The notes beneath the pieces are model-generated. The model worked only from the letters and a program-made list of their open reading frames with translations. It was not told where the DNA came from and did not search any database. The position numbers and the translations under genes were made by a program. A DNA stretch of 63,061 bases, filler included, from Phoronis australis (taxonomy: Eukaryota > Animalia > Phoronida), in NCBI GenBank assembly GCA_002633005.1. It is 12 parts of 12 records of this genome, joined end to end, with 100 filler letters (N's around TTAATTAATTAA, not from the genome) between each part and the next. Parts side by side here need not be neighbours in the genome. Positions count along the whole stretch, not along the records: positions 53,282 to 63,061 come from NMRA01000169.1; 11 more parts are not named here. One strand, 5' to 3'. Shown here in pieces: positions 59,943-63,061 of this stretch (the stretch's first letter is position 1; each line of letters starts with the position of its first letter).

Positions 59943-61583
59943 AGGAGACTGCCACCCGATTTAATTAGCCTTTTTTGCCGTCTTAATCGGTCTATATCCA
60001 CATGGCCTCGCATACGGTCGACCTTACCTTGCCAAGAGGTGTCGCGTTAACCTGTGAGAAAGGTGAGAAACGACGCTAGCGACGTCAGTGGTTCATATGC
60101 AGAGTGAATGCCGCTATGTTGCGGTGCATCGTTCCCGCTTTCCCGAACTAAGCACCTGCGAGGAAAGCGGGTATATCGTTTTTCTTTTTCTTCCTCGAGA
60201 GTTCGAAATGCTTAGGAAGTGGCTCATGGTAGTGAAGAATGAATTGTACGCTGTAAATAGCAAGTATGAGGCCGTGAAACATCTCCGTGTCTGTGGCCTG
60301 CAGACGTCGACAGTGCCTGACGAATGTCGGCTTACCAAATAACTCCATACGTTCCGTTGTCTGAGCTTGTTCACGGCGCCTCTCAAGTATTTCTTCATCA
60401 CTGTATCCCTGTTCGAATGGATAGCCTGTAAAACTTAACGATCCACCTGCGAAGTCGGGACTGATGAGCTTTAGCTCGTCCTAAGTCGGGATAGCGAGTT
60501 GCCATGTTGGCGTTTATTACTGAGCGTTCTGTTTCAAAATGAATTATTCTCACCCTAACCAATACTTATATAAAACTGAAACAAAGTCTGTCTCTTTAGA
60601 TGCAATTTGTAATGCCTTCGGAGTGTTCGTGAGTGCAAATGATTTGAGAAGCCAGCAATGAATAAATCACTGCGTTACCGGCTTTAGATGCAATAAAACT
60701 AATTGACGGGACACCTAGGCCGTGTGAGCTCATGCTAATTTAGTGTTTGCTGGAACAACTCAATTTCCATCCCATGGCCAGGTGTTAGGGGAATCTTTAT
60801 TTACATTTACATTACTCAAATAATGATTGTCAATGTACAACTTCTGCCCTGACGGTGCTGTGGCCAAAGCGGAACCTGAATTCGCGGCCCCCGGCGAGTA
60901 AGTAGATTTGCAGTTTCGTGGCTAATTCACCAACATAATCATGTGCAACTTACTTTGGCTCACTAGTATAGTATTGTCTTGACTGGAAGTGTAGTTTCCA
61001 CTGAACTTTGGCTGGTTTACGTTCGTGATGTCTGATCAGTTTCCGAGCCACTGGCGGGGATAACGAGTAAATCCGACCGGCCGCGACGGGCCTGATTGTG
61101 CCACTGGCCAGGCTAACAAGCGTTTTGTGCTTAGAACTCAAAAAATCACTAGTCTAAACAACACAGATCTAGGTTCTCCTGTCTGTATCTCACGAAAAAT
61201 ACTTCGAAATTATCTAGTCCGACCCCAAACTCCTGCTACGGACCTTATTGGCCTGCCGAACTTTGTAGGCTACGGTGTGTCCAAATACTAATAAATCCGT
61301 AAGAGCGAAATAAAACAACACGTTTTTATAAGAATTCGGTGTGTTTTAAGGGTTTTACATCGAAGTTTGATGATTTAATGGTGTTAAACGATGACTTCAA
61401 GCCATAAGCTGACACCAGTAACCCGTGTTGTGAACTGCTGAACCGACTGCGTGTGAAACCGATGACGTCATTGGATAATTTCAACACCTCCGTCTCCCGT
61501 CAGCAACCGTACGAGTCGTTATGGAGTTGAACTACTCGATCTAAATTGATACAAATTAGGTTGTTTTTGGGTAGCATGCTCCT
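59943..61583 (+). mobile_element. Kolobok-like non-autonomous DNA transposon (1641 bp) with TTAA TSD, 15-bp imperfect TIR and a THAP relic at ~60108-60300
   Basis: TTAA|AGGAGACTGCCACCC...GGGTAGCATGCTCCT|TTAA. Frameshifted MPLCC...PREFEMLRKWLMVVKNELYAVNSKYEAVKHLRVCGL. Two other partial copies in the window. Confidence 0.8.
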
Positions 61584-62224
61584 TTAATCGTTTCTGTGGA
61601 ACTAAGAAACTTTCAACTGAAGCCGCTTTTCTTCTATTTCATCGTTTTGGGGATATTGAACTCACGATTGTGATATGCAGTGCTATGGAGGAATGTTTAA
61701 AAAGATGTGTGCAAGTTTATAACTATGGTAGTGTATAGCATGAACTAAACAACAATGTCATTTCAACATCATCTACGCTAACCAAAGTGCAGTTGTATTC
61801 AATGGCAAACTGTAAATGTGAAAACAAAACATTCTGCCAGTAGGTGACCTTTGCACTAATGACGTACCTTGGGGGGGTCACGTCATACAGTATTATTCCC
61901 CAACACCACGTCGCGATACACAATTGAGTGATTTACGGCGGATCATTTTCAACACAAAACTCGTTCTTAAAAGCATTTGACAATTTTCAACGTATTTCAT
62001 ATTCACATCGTTGCTATATCTTGTGTTTCTATTCAAGCAATCACAGAGATAGCGTGCAAGTTTCACTTAACGATTCTGACATTGTATTCACCTGTCAAAA
62101 CAAGGTAAATGGTGGTTTTAAGTAATTTTAAGGTTTAAGGCAACGTAGAACCTTATCGACAAGTTTGTGTATTTAGCCAAATACTACAAAACTGCAGATT
62201 TTAACTCAGAAAAAGCACATATTT

Positions 62225-62438
62225 TGTCACGTTTTTTCCCGTGTGTGGGTGGGCGCAGGTTGTTACAGACCGGTGCTAATAGCTTTCGGTGCGACGATAG
62301 ACTGAACAGACTGGTTCGAGTTAATCCTTTATTAATCTCGACCGTAATTTCACAAGCCTACTCAAACAAAACGTTCGACGTAATGTCTATTCTATGTTCC
62401 AGCCAGTGCTGCGAAGCCTTGACTTGTGATGAACTTCT
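62225..62438 (-). mobile_element. 3' fragment of the Gypsy LTR family of 37659-38463
   Basis: Reverse complement of ~38252-38463, ending exactly at the GTGACA terminus. Confidence 0.88.
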
Positions 62439-62746
62439 ATACTTTCCTGTAGTAAACAAATTACATCACCATTGTACTTAAAGGCGAAGGCAACCTTTTT
62501 CCATGTCCTTTTGAGCTAAAATAAGGTTGGTTGGTTATCCTAGACATATTTTCCACTTAATTACAGCTTTTCGTAATTTTATTAATTACTCGTCCGCTAC
62601 TGCGGAAGTGACGTTTTAGGAGGCAAGCATTTCGCGCCAATTTCTTTTCATATAGTCTGGCTGTGAGAGCTGCCGAGTCAGTCATTGTTCTATCTCGGTT
62701 GCGTTAAGTTCCGTCGTCGTTTGCTTTCATTTACTAGTCAGTCAAC

Positions 62747-63061
62747 ATGCCACACTGTTGCTGGGTACCGGAATGTACTAATTATCGGCTCACGCGCGTT
62801 TTGGGAGTACCTTTGCATCGCTTTCCGATGGATGACACACTTCGCCGTACTTGGCTCGGTCGTGTGAAGAACGCAGCGTTACCCGTCCACGCAACGTACA
62901 AAGCACTGGAGAATCACCGAGTGTGTGGCAAGCACTTTCTGCCGTCCGATTACGAAAGGGATTTGTACGCTGAACTGATGAAGGTCCCTGAGAAAACAAC
63001 GCCTGAAGAAGGATGCCATTCCGTCTGTGTTGATTCCCGGCAGTGCCCCGTCGCCACCCCC
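62747..63061 (+). pseudogene. THAP-domain ORF with a frameshift near 62993; likely the N-terminus of a Kolobok-type transposase (putative element start TTAA|AGG at 62482)
   Basis: MPHCCWVPECTN...LHRFPMDDTLRRTWLGRVK...RVCGKHF is a C2CH THAP signature. The AVPT-like box KQRLKKDAIPSV appears only in the +1 frame. Runs off the window end. Confidence 0.8.

Overview
This is eukaryotic, invertebrate-type DNA (plausibly a lophotrochozoan; that is inference). It is not one locus. Eleven identical 100-nt linkers (N44-TTAATTAATTAA-N44) join 12 unrelated scaffold pieces, so gene neighbourhoods across linkers mean nothing. Isolated coding exons are recognisable for a ZDHHC1/11-type palmitoyltransferase (ending at a U12-type donor), a PAP2/PLPP lipid phosphatase, an INF2-like formin, eIF3a (13-aa DEGRWRRDEPPPR repeats), an innexin, a large FN3-like repeat protein, an unknown single-pass membrane protein and a DDC-type aromatic amino-acid decarboxylase. 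Most of the rest is transposon debris and repeats: a pogo/Fot1-type DDE relic, a TA-flanked pogo-like element with terminal direct repeats inside its TIRs, TTAA-flanked Kolobok-like elements with THAP relics, MITEs with 5-bp TSDs, a Gypsy 5' LTR with PBS and gag start, two GalEa-type Copia remnants, and several minisatellites. The most notable non-coding signal is a 71-nt unit carrying a minimal type I hammerhead ribozyme of the Penelope-like-element kind, present twice on different scaffolds. I see no convincing wholly new multi-gene system. Everything was read by eye; no searches were run.
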